Positions 35,649 through 47,575 of a stretch of DNA of 64,000 nucleotides are shown piece by piece; within the stretch, counting starts at the first letter, position 1; each line of letters begins with the position of its first letter. The notes under the pieces are model-generated. The model was not told the origin of the DNA and ran no database searches. It saw only the letters and a program-made list of their open reading frames with translations. The position numbers and the translations under genes were made by a program. Source of the stretch: Paraspadella gotoi (Eukaryota > Animalia > Chaetognatha); NCBI GenBank assembly GCA_051294375.1, contig CM119271.1, forward strand, positions 7,678,162-7,742,161. Direction: 5' to 3'.

Positions 35649-37372
35649 CAAAGGAGTCCGGGTGGAATCGGTGGAGATCCTCAACTTTCTCAAGGGGGAC
35701 AAGGGGTTGGAGAAGGTGGAGGTGAAGGGGGAAGAGTGAGGAGAAAATGGAGGGGGTCGAGGGGAGGTGGTGGTTGAGGTTGGAGTGGGAGGGGGAAGCG
35801 TCGGTATAAAAAAAGGATCACGTGAATGGGGACTTAAAAATGAAAAAAAAAAAAAGAAATAAAATAAAAATTGATTTAAAAAAAAAATTTGGAGGATTTG
35901 GAAAAAAAATTTCGCTTCGATCCTTTGCGTCTTTCCCTGTCGTTTCCCTGCCGTTTCCCTGCCGCTCCTTCGCGTTCCCCCGGACCTGCTTTTCCTTCCT
36001 CGCCCTTCCCCGCTTTCCCTCGCTTCTTTCCCTGCGGAATTGGTCGTCCAACTTAATCGGAAAGAAGGGACTTTTGTTCGTTTAATAATCAACAGAGGGC
36101 TCTGTGTCGAAAAAAAGGGGGGCAGAAAGGTTTGTTGAAAAAAACAAAAGGGAAGTGGGATTTTTACTTAGTTAAATAATAGAAAATTAGAATAGTCTTT
36201 GATCTATATTATGGGACGCTTATTGTAAGTAATGTCACTTTTGGCAGCTTGTAGTTCCATTTTTATTTCGTGCTAGTTTTCAATAAAACCAAATTTAAAC
36301 AATCTTAAGAGTGATTTTTTTTTCTGTTTCATTATGACACGTTTTATTTATTTTCTTTTGGTTTAAGGAAAATGAACTAATAAGTAATATTTACGTTACG
36401 TTCGGTCGTCCCTTGGCCTTTGACGGATGACCGTCATTAGATTTAGAAATTCATAGCATGTAGTTTTCATTTTTTTGAGTACTAACACCCCCCAAAAAAA
36501 CAACAAAACTATTTTTTGTTATTTTCACAAATATTTTCACTTCGTCGCGCTTAATTGTGAAAGTCACGGGTGAAAACGAAAGAAGCGTAACTTGATTGCG
36601 ATTTTCGAAAGAGAATTTATAAATTCGTCTATTTCTTTGTTTATTTATTTATTTTCTTTTTTTTTTCACATTTTTTTTTTGAAATGCGAACCGGAATCTT
36701 TTCTCTACGACCGTTTGACTTAAAGTAAATGTTTGAAATTGACCAAAAAAATCATTAAACAGGAATCTTCACTATCACCAAACTTATAAATTATTGACGC
36801 ATTTAAGTCAAACGATCTCGAAATTTCATTTTATTTTATTCAGCATTTTTATTTCTATCTTGTCGTTACGACTTGTCAGTAAAATAAACAAAATCAGCCA
36901 ATGTTTTTCTTTCATCCACACAACCGAAATTTTGATATCATTAAAGCTTCGAAGCTTCGTACAATTTTATCGTGTACTGTTTTTTTCTCAATCAGAAATC
37001 GGTGTACAGACGAATTGATTGGCCTACGTACAGACGTACAGATCGAACCGTCAATTAGCATCGTTTTTTTTTCAATTTGCAGTACAGTAGTTTTTTTGTC
37101 CTTAAGTTAGACAAGCGGTCTAAATACAGACATCTTGAGATGTTTTTAGATTTCCCACTGTAGTTTTTGCGATGAACCGTGTCTACTTTAGTTTCCAAAT
37201 TGAAGTTATTTTGTTGTTGTTAAACTTTGATTGAATTTTATTTTCTTCGATCAATCTTTAAATCCAATTTTTCGCCAATCTACTCTGCGTTATCTCCCTC
37301 AGCGTTATCAAACAACGAAGCGTCTTACAGACTCCACTCCATGGTAAAATTCATCCCACCCTTACCGTTTTA

Positions 37373-37491
<119 letters not shown>

Positions 37492-38138
37492 CAGCGCTTT
37501 TTCCACTCCGGGCGCGATTCTTTTAAAAAAGTATTTTCCCCCTTCCGACCGCTTTCAACCTCGAATCTGCATCCATAAATATTTTTTTTCGAATCGCCGT
37601 CCGGGAAATGTTTATCCCTTTTAGCTAAAGTCATACTTTTCTTTTCTTTTCTTTTCTTTTCCTTTCTTTTTTCGTTCCTTTCTTCCTTCCTTCTTTCCTC
37701 ACCCGCCCTGCCCCCCCCCTTGCTTCACCACCGATTACCGGACGATTTTCTTGATAATTTAAGTCACGTGATGTGCGACATCACAATCACCGTCCCTCGG
37801 CCGAAATTAGTCTCTCTCTCCTCTCTCTCTCTCTCTCTCTTCTCTCTTCTCTCTCTCTCTCTCTCTCACTCCCCGGCAATGTCACGCCCCCACCCGCGGG
37901 TCAGCCAGCCCCGCTTAATCGTGCTTCGCGAGTTTTTTCTCCCTCTGACTATTTCTGCCCCCCATTACAACAACCCCCGGCAGCCCCCCCCCCTCAACAC
38001 CCCAACGGGCAGCCCCCCATCTTAACCCCTAATCCCCCCCTCCTCCCTCCATCTCGCCCTCGGCTCATCTTCCCACGCGAGCCAAGATTTTTTTCGACAG
38101 CACAAGACGCAGTCTCGCGGCCATCAACGCTGAGTAAG

Positions 38139-38186
<48 letters not shown>

Positions 38187-39457
38187 AGAGAGAGAGAGAC
38201 GAGAGAGAGACGAGAGGGAGAGAGAGAGAAATAGAAAGCAATAAAAACGGAATTTTAAAGAAAGATTCAAACTATACTATACAAGCCTTCTCGAAATTAT
38301 TATTATTATTATTTTTATTATTATTACTATTATTATTATTATTATTATATACAAATCAACGAACGAATTTATATGAAATTGGTACAACCAATATAAAAAT
38401 TATCCATTCATTTAATAAATAAGCTATCTTGCCCCTGACTTTGGACAGGCTTTGGTGGTTTAAGGCCTCCATCACTCTTACAAGATAATGACATAGCAGG
38501 TCCCTGCAAGCTTTCAATCAAGACTCTCTCACAGTCTTGTTTATTCACTCCCAGAGTACCTGGCTTCCCTATCAATGAAGTGGAAAATATTTCAAAGAAT
38601 GTTTCAATTGTATGTATATTTTTCTTCTGTTAATGATGACATTTGGTGGATAAGGGACGCTGAGCCTTAAATAGATAGCTCTATATATACAATTCTGAAT
38701 AATTAATAATACAGTACCCATGTCTCAAGAATATTTATATTTGAATTAATAGTTTATTTAAACTTTTATACTTTTCACTAAACACGTACTTTCGAAAATG
38801 AAAAATTAATGAAGAGAACAAAAAATTAACTTCATTGTTGGAAATTGCGCGTTTATTGTTTGAATCAACGTTCAACTTCAAAAATTGTTTAAATAACATT
38901 TAAATAACAATTTAACCATGTTTAGCTATCGTTAATTCACAGTACAATGTACAACCACCGTTCAATACCTATTTATTCACTGTTCAATTAGTAATTGGGA
39001 TTTCTTATGGTTTGATATTTTTAGGTTTTTTCTAAAATAAATATGAACAAGGAATAGGGAACAATGAACTCTCCATTTTGAAATAGAATATGATGTCATG
39101 ATGTCACCAAAAAAAGTTTTAAACCGTTCAAACAAATATCAACTTCTTCTTCTCATCGTATGAGCAAGAGCTGATATCAGTACATCAGTTCTTTTGAGAA
39201 AGCCGAAAACAAAAATTAGACAAACGGCAAAGATTTTCATTTGTTTCAGAGTCATGATTTTGGCAGGAGATTTAGTAGCTAATAGTTTGATTTGGTCTTC
39301 ACATGCCAATGATATAAAAAAGAAAAAAAATTATTTTTTGGAGGTAACATGATGTTTATTTTTAAAATAAGCACTGATCTTCAGAGACTTCCGTCTCCCT
39401 CAAAGGTGCAATCGAACTATTAACTACTGGCAAAGATTTTATTGTCATATTCCTCCA

Positions 39458-42378
39458 TTAGGAACAAAGAAAAGCAAAAAATAAAGAAAAACTCAATACA
39501 AAGATAATAATCCTAACGTCATCGTTGGCAAATTCAGCGTCTATCCACTCGATAAACTCCTCAAAAAGCAGAGTGACGTTTCGCCTTTTCCACAAATTGA
39601 CGCGAATTTGTTTCAAATAAACGAAAAAGGGTGACGTTTGCGGGGTCGCTGTTCCGATAAACTCGCGACAATCATCGTAAGTCAGCGTATACGTCAACGA
39701 ATCTATTTTTAGTATTTTTCCGTATTGGGCTAGGGCCGGCCGTTTAAAGGCGGTGGAGAGATAACTATAAGCGATCGTAAGGAAAGTACCCAAGAGTATT
39801 TTTTGAAAAACTTGTATCTTTTTATTCGTCGTTCTTTTGTTCAAAGACACACCGAGATACATGAACGAAGGAACCAGAGAAACGTTAAGAGTCAAGAAAA
39901 ACGTTTCGGATTTCGTCATTAAGCTGGTAACCCGGTTGTGACTGTATCCCAAATGTATATGCGAAAAATTACTCGTGATAAAATCTTTCACATCTTGCCT
40001 CGTCTCGCCCAAACCATTGATCAGCAAAGGATCGATCGGCAAACATAAACAAATAAAACCGACGACGACTCTCGGCCATCTGCTTCGAACGGACCCTCGT
40101 CCGTACAACTCTAAAAACGAAAGGACGAATAACACCGTCCCCGCGACGCAAGGGAAATGAGAGAAAAGAGCGAAAGATCTATAGAGCCTTTGCTTAGATG
40201 CGAGAAACTTGACCATGTTTAATTCCTTCAAACAATTCCGATCGATTTCATTCAAACCCACCGCGTCGACGATGAAGTCGTGATTGATACTGGCGAAGGC
40301 GTTGAGTCCGACGACGGCCAACGGGGTCGTCGAAGCCGCGATGGCACGCGCCGCCTCGGCCATTTTCTTTCGCGACAGGAGACGCGCGGCGACGTAGGAG
40401 GCGCTCGAAACTAAATCGATCAACAGCAATTTATACAACGTGGATTTTCTTGGATCCAGCAACTTGTAATTTCCGACTTCGATAAAATCGCCCGGCGTGA
40501 GGGAGCTGTGGAAAGCGGGCCATTTCGTTTTAAAGACGTTGCAAGGCGTCGGGCCGTATTTGTGGGCCTCCCAGTTGTTCCATCTCTCCGAGTCCACGAT
40601 TCCGCTTGGCTCGTAGCAAGCATAGCTCCATATTCGGTGGGGCAAAAATATGTTGAAGTACTGGAGTTTGGGAGTCACGTGATTGGTGACTTCCGAGGAT
40701 AGTTCGATCACTTTTCGTTTTTCATTGTCCCAAAGAAAAGCGGCGAGGAACAAGGTCCATAAGTTCATGAAGACGCGCTGGGAGAGCGGAACAATCCTCG
40801 CTTTTCTATGGGGTCCGTCGGATGAACTGAAACAAAGATATTAAAGAACAAAATACTTATTTTGTGGCTTAAACGTGAGTGGGGTATTGCATGCAATGCA
40901 TGGGGTAGTCATGGTCCCCCACTTCATAGATAGAGTGTGATGGTGTTAGTATAACCAGTTTGCCTTATGAGCATTCTGGGTTCCATCCTTGTGCCGCAAC
41001 GATTGAATGTGCTTCCCCGCTTGGCCGCGGGGCTCGAAGCGGGAACCCAACCAATATTTTCTACTTGTACTTGCCATTTTGGATGAGATGGAAAAAAAAA
41101 CATTATATTTACTATATGAATTGGTATTAGGATACCATCACGTTCTAACCTTTTCGTCGTCTTCCCGATGACCAGCCGAAAAAGATCTCGAAGTTCGTCG
41201 ACGGCAAAAAGTCTCAACGGAACAAAAGGAGAAAGTAAAATGAGCCAAAAAGAATTCTTAAGAGAACAAACGTAGATGAGGAAAATGTTGACGACGACGC
41301 CGACGACGCCCTGAATGACGCCGACGACGCCGATGGGACTCGTCAGATCGTCCCGAGAGTTGACCGCCGAAGAGGCCACGCTTAAGCTCGACAGGACGAA
41401 GGAAAGAATCGTCGAAAAGTCGCTCATCTTCCAAGAGCAGGAACGAATGTACGTTGACAAATAAAGGCGCTTCCGCTTGCACGTGCAAATCTCGGGCGAG
41501 AGGATCATGGTTCCGTTGTCGCCGAATTTGTATAAGTTGGCTCCCCTGACGGACAATAATAACACGATTTTAGGCTTTTTTTTTATAAGTCACCCAGTAT
41601 TTAATTACAAATTCATAACCACCAAAGCCAATTCATAACCAACAAAGCCTGGTCCAAAGTCATTGTTTGCTCAAACTTGTTATAAGTCACCTAGTATTTA
41701 ATTACAAATTCATAACACCAAAGCCAATTCATAACCAACAAAGCCTGGTCCAAAGTCAGGGGCAAGATAGCTTATTTATTAAATGAATGGATAATTTTTA
41801 TATCGGTTGTACCAATTTCATATCGATTCAATCTTTCAACAGACAAAAAAAATTTCTACCTGAGGAATTTCAAGTTGTCAGTCTCGGATCAAAACTGACC
41901 TTGGATCGATTAAGCATTGTTCCGAAGTACCGCTTGTCAACGCCACTAGGATCGCCACTGCTTGCAGAAGTAATTGTGGAAGCGACTCCAGCAAAAGGTG
42001 GATCTGATCCAGAGACTCGCGGCAGAGAAGTTTCGTTGGTAAAGACGCAGCCAATTCGGGACATCGTTGGTCCTGATGGAGATCGATCATGAAGAGGACG
42101 TTGCCCAAACCCGTAAAGGCGAACAGCATCGTGACCATCTTGCGCCAAGCGCCGTCCCAAAGGCGCGGATAGAGCGACGTCTCTCTCTTCAAGCAGCGCC
42201 AAACCCTGGCACCGGATACGATATTGTGCGTTGCCAAGACGCCGGCCATCGCGGCGCCGAGATATCGCTCGAGGTAAAATGATTTTTTGAAAAATCTAAT
42301 CGTCGTCTGAACGTCGGTGAAGACGTCTGCTAGACCGAGAGACACGACGACGATTAAGAAGATCGACCGCTTCATCAT
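39458..42378 (-). CDS. Divergent XK-related (XKR-like) multi-pass membrane protein, about 747 aa, 3 exons
   Basis: Exons 41900-42378, 41150-41545, 39458-40826 join in frame (GT..AG). Motifs LADVFTD, LLESLPQLLLQ and SFVLSSLSVA resemble XK-family signatures; many hydrophobic segments. The 3' end is uncertain. Confidence 0.65.
41582..41823. repeat. Dispersed repeat in XK intron 1, with an internal duplication of about 78 bp; inverted copy at 38371-38460
   Basis: TTATAAGTCACC(C/T)AGTATTTAATTACAAATTCATAAC...GGTCCAAAGTCA occurs twice. 41733-41823 is nearly the reverse complement of 38371-38460. The spacer CATTGTTTGCTCAAACTTGT recurs inverted at about 52996. Confidence 0.8.
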
Positions 42379-42392
42379 TCCTTTTCGTTTTA

Positions 42393-43085
42393 CTATCTAG
42401 GAAAAAAGTATATCACATTTTTAGTAGAGGATATGTACTCGAAAACTTGTTTGATTTAAAAAAAAAAAATATATGCGTTTTATTTTGAATTTAACAAGGT
42501 TGATTCAATACATACAGGAGCATCAAAACAAAGCTAAGTCTAAAGACAAAACAAAGTTAAAGATTGCGTGAAAACCACCACCACAGAAAAAAAAAGGTCT
42601 GAATTTACATTAAATTTTTTTTCAGTAGCTTTTTTCTTTTTTTTCGTAAGTCAAATCGTTTAGAAGTTACGTCAAAAAAAGATTGCTACCTTAAATAAAA
42701 AATGGCGAAAAAATTATATTTCATTTTTTATTATTTTTAATATTTAATTATTTGTTTTTATTTTAAATTAGGTTAATTATTTTTAATTTTTTAAAAAAAT
42801 TTGTCAATGCTATAGGCATTGCACCTCTTTTTGATTTATTAAAATACTCTTTTAGCTCTCAGAAAATAGGGAAACATTAGTGGCAGGGCTGAAAAGAATT
42901 GTGTTAATGATGTGGAAAAACATTTTACCGTCATACCCCAATTCAGTGTACGAGAACATTCCCAGACGAATGCAAGCAATAGTCGATGCTAAAGAAGGGC
43001 TCACTAAATATGATATGTTTTGTATATTTTTTATTGAATAAATGAACTTTTCAACAATTATGTGATATACTTTTTTCCTAGATAG
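42393..43085 (+). mobile_element. Internally deleted Tc1/mariner DNA transposon (non-autonomous, 693 bp)
   Basis: Perfect 26-bp TIRs CTATCTAGGAAAAAAGTATATCACAT (42393-42418 and 43060-43085), TA target duplication on both sides, and a transposase C-terminal remnant VYENIPRRMQAIVDAKEGLTKY (about 42946-43011). Confidence 0.9.
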
Positions 43086-43671
43086 TAGAGTTTTTTTTTT
43101 CTTTGTATATTTTGTTTTGTTATTAGAGTTTGCTATCAAAGTATTAGAGGAATGAGTCTTAATATTGATACCAATGGAAAAAAAAGTGATTTCTGAAGTT
43201 CTTAATCGATCAAGATGTAAGAAATTTGTCAAAGGACTAAACGGCCGCAATCGTCACGTGACTTTATTACGTAGAGAAATTTGTTCGATTTATGTTTGAC
43301 CTTTCCAGAAATGAGAGCTAATTTTTTTCTTGCGAGGCTCAGGTAATTGATTTTCCACTGTACATTTATATATACATATAATTATATCGATTAAATGTAC
43401 ATGTTATAAATGTCAGGCTTCCTAATATTTGCTGTTTAAAAGAAAAAATGACGAAAGCATTGCCAATTTTACAAAATGCTCAGGGCTCGGTTATAACTTC
43501 ATGCGAAAGAAGGAAAGATTTATTGATTTTTAATTATTATGTATTAACACCAATCGTCCTATTTCGCGGCGAATAAGAGTTGGAAATGATTATTATTGAA
43601 TATTGATTAAATATTATTAATTAGAAGTTAATAGAAAGGCTGCTTATTCGTTCTGCCTCCCGAGGAATTCA

Positions 43672-43741
<70 letters not shown>

Positions 43742-44449
43742 AAATCAAATCTTTTGGAAGCCTCTGCTCTCGTCAGCGACATTTTCCTCCAATTAAGAAT
43801 TGTTGGGAAAAATATTTTTTTTAATCTCTATCGATGCGAGAGAGAGAAAGAGAGAAAGAGAGAGAGAAAGAAGGAAAGAAAGAAAGAAAGAAACAGCCAG
43901 ACAGAGACAGAGACGAACCGGAAGGAACTCGAGGATGAAAAATGGAATCAATTTTCTTGGTGAACTTTTCCCATTTTGTTGACGTCATCACAAAACTCGT
44001 AAAAAAAATAAGGAGAGAAAAAAAAGAGCAAAACGCCGAGACATATTTTTTATTTGATGGGAAAAATAATATTGAAAAATGATATGTATTATTGCATAAT
44101 ATATATTAGAATATTTGCGTCTCGCAATGAATTAATATTAAAGAATGATAAAGTTTTCAAATATTAATTAATTTAAATCGATTGATATCTTCAACGCAAT
44201 TTAGAAGGCGTCATTACATTTAGGAGTGACTGAACTTTGGGACTTAAATCAAGTGGTTTGGCGCTGGGATATACACCCCATTTTCCCTTCAATTAGCCAT
44301 CAATACTCAGTGAGTATTACTCACCCCATATTCTCACTCTGATCACCCCCACTCCAGTGAGAAAATCCCGGGTTTTTTCTGCAAAAGACAATTTTGGCTG
44401 AAGCACCTGGTTTAATTGAAGACCCTTTCTTCAAAGCACTCTCACTCAC

Positions 44450-44504
<55 letters not shown>

Positions 44505-45506
44505 ACTTATTAGCAGAAAGCGTCCGCAGTTGCCAAGATAAGCCAGCGTTCGCGCCTTAAGACGGTTTCCATGGAAACTAATCCCGTCACCGTGAAGAGA
44601 TTCCGGCTAAAATGAAGAAAGCGGATGAGCAAAGAACTGGGATATGGGGTCCGGGTAACTAGAAGCGAAATTACGCCCGGTTAAAGAAAGGATTGTTTTT
44701 TTCTTTTCTTTGCTATTCTTAGCTTCTCTTCTATTCTCTGCTATTCTTAGCTTCTCTCTTCTTTTCTTCGCCTCTCTTCTTTTCTTTGCCTCTCTCTTCT
44801 TTCCTTTGCTCTCCTTATCTTTTTCCTTATCTTTTCTCTTTTCATATTTTGTTGAGGATAAAAGCTTAACTTTTAACTGATTAGGACATTTTTGCCCATT
44901 TTACGATTAAAGACATATAAATGTTAAATTTCAAGTGGCAGGCATGTATTTATCTCAAAAATATAAACGATTTTATTTTTTTAAATCGTTCAAAACAAAA
45001 AGAAAAGATGTTCAGCATTGTTACAATGGCGAAAACAGATATACCAATCCCGGAAGCGAACACGGCAATTTTTTTTTGGAAAAAGCAGTGATAGGTAATT
45101 GGATAAAATGGGATGGACGCGGCGGCGATATTTCACCAATTAACGAACTAAGGAGGTTGGTCTTCGGAAACGAAAATTGGCGGTGGGAGAAACATTAACC
45201 CAGAGACAATAAATATAATAATATTAAAAAGACATTGTATATAAGATTATGTTTTTGTACTTTGTGGTGGAGAGTTTTTGAGTTGAAAATATATAAATAT
45301 TAAAATGTCGAAACATTAATTAACATATACTACGTAAAATAATAATTAAAAAAACCCCCAAACATGGTCAACAAAAATTTAAAAAATTATCAATAAATCT
45401 GACTACACATTTAGACAATGTCTCTCAAAGTCTAAGCCTAAGGGAGCCAAAATAGAAAACAATCCTAATTAATCCCTCTACTTAATATTATTATTAACGC
45501 ATATAT

Positions 45507-47543
45507 TTAAACATATATGACTAAACCAACGCAGCAACACAATTTTCTCGAGATTCGAAAAAATCGAAACAAACAAAAGCGAAGGATGACGAAACCGAGG
45601 ATCGACAAAAGAGCAACAAAGATGGCGGCCACCATCCCGACCACACGTTTCATGTCATCGGGCGTCGCCGGGTTTTCCATCTGCTCGTAGCAGTAGCAAA
45701 TCTTCTTCAGGAACTTTTCGCTCCAAGAGAGGCAGGCCGACTTTTTCCCGTAGGCGTCCAGTCGGTTCGCCTCCTTGACGTCGGCCGTCCAGCGACCCGA
45801 CACTTTGGAGGCCGACATCTCGAAGATCCCGTCGCCGGGGGAAGTGGAGATCGTCGTCATGAGCGTCACGCCGTCGATCGTTAGTTTTCTGGAAGGAGGA
45901 AGATTGAAGGTCGTCGTGAGTTTGGGAGACTTCTTGTTGTAATAAATTGTTTGGGTAATTGTAACTAAAATTACTAAATTAAAAATTATACCGACTCGCT
46001 GTCCGTTTGCGCTAATTTAGGCGGAATCAGTTTTTTTTTTGACAATATTGAAAAACAGAAACAGAAACAACAAAAACAGTGTCAAGAACGACTAAAATCA
46101 ACTTCAATAATAAAAAAACAAAACAAAAAACCAAAAAACGAAACAGCAATAACAGGAAATCAACATCAAGCAAAAATAGCAAAAATATGACATTAAAAAC
46201 GAAAAACAATCCCATCAGCAGACATACGTCAACATCGACGCCAACCTGACGCTCTTCTCGATCTCCTTCAACTCCAGCCTGGCGCAGAGATTCTCGTATT
46301 TCATCGTTGCTTCGTTGAGGCTGTCGACGATGACTTTGGCGGAGTCGACGACGTCGGGATCGTCCAGCGGTAAGTCCAGCGTCTCGCCGCAGGTGCAGTA
46401 TTGCTGCGGAATCCCGATCGACGCGCAGGTACGATTCTCCGGCACCTCGTGCAGGAGAGAGTATACGGTACGGACGCCTTCCGCGTTTTTCGCTTTAAGA
46501 TTAGCTGCCGCCGCGGGAGTAGCCGAGTCTTCCGCCGCCGCGGAGCCGCCCTGCAGCCTCAGCAGATGATGCAGCGTCTCGTGGAGATCGTAGGGCGTGG
46601 TGAGTCTCCTGGCGTTGATTTTCACGTTGCGTACGAAATGCGGGAAGCGTCGCTGGAACCACGGTGGGAGGAAGAGGAAGAAGATCGGGAGAGCGAACTC
46701 GTGGTGGCCGATGTGGGTCTCCATGATGCGACCGTAGCGGGTTCCGTGGTCGCTGTGGAGGGTGGAGGAAGGGGGGTGGAGAATGGGAAAGAAATTACTA
46801 TTATTTGGAATAATTTAAATAATAAATAACTTTAAAAATTCATAATAAAATTGCTTTTTTGTCCGATAGATCGTCAAGATAAGATTAAAATAGTATGAAA
46901 AGCACTTGATACAAACATATACAAACGTACTACATAATAACATAATAACATAATAGCACCACTCCTCCACCGACGACCTGAAGAACAAAACGACGTCATC
47001 CTCGAAAATCCTCCGTCTCTCCAGCTCCATCAACAGCTCCAGCGTGGGTTCGTCCGCTCGCTTCAAGAGGTTGAGCTCGTCGTGGGACCAGTCGTCCGTC
47101 CAGAGGAGAGAAAACATGCGATCGCGGTAGAAGGGTGAGGTAGAAGTGGGTAAGGCTTTTCGGTCTTGAGAAAATAAAGGGGGTCAGGGTAAGTGGTTCG
47201 ATATATGCGTTCGACAATTACTTTCTCTCGCTCAATATCCCTGTCTCTCTGTATATTTCCCTGTTAAGGCACCATTCTTCTTGGATTGTATATTTTTGGC
47301 TCTCTATCTCTGCTTTGGGTCGCCCGTTTAAGGCGTCGCCCGTACAAAATGTACGACAAGAGTTAATGTTAATGAATATTTTATTATTGCATCCAAAAAA
47401 CTTCACTATCACGGGAAACCAGACTAAAAATTGACCTTAAAACGGGCTGTTTCAATGCTGACAAAGCTCGTGGTCAGGTCAGACGGGTTGACCATAAAAA
47501 GAGAGAGACTCAGATGAGCCTAAGCGAGGTAAATTATTCTTCT

Positions 47544-47575
<32 letters not shown>

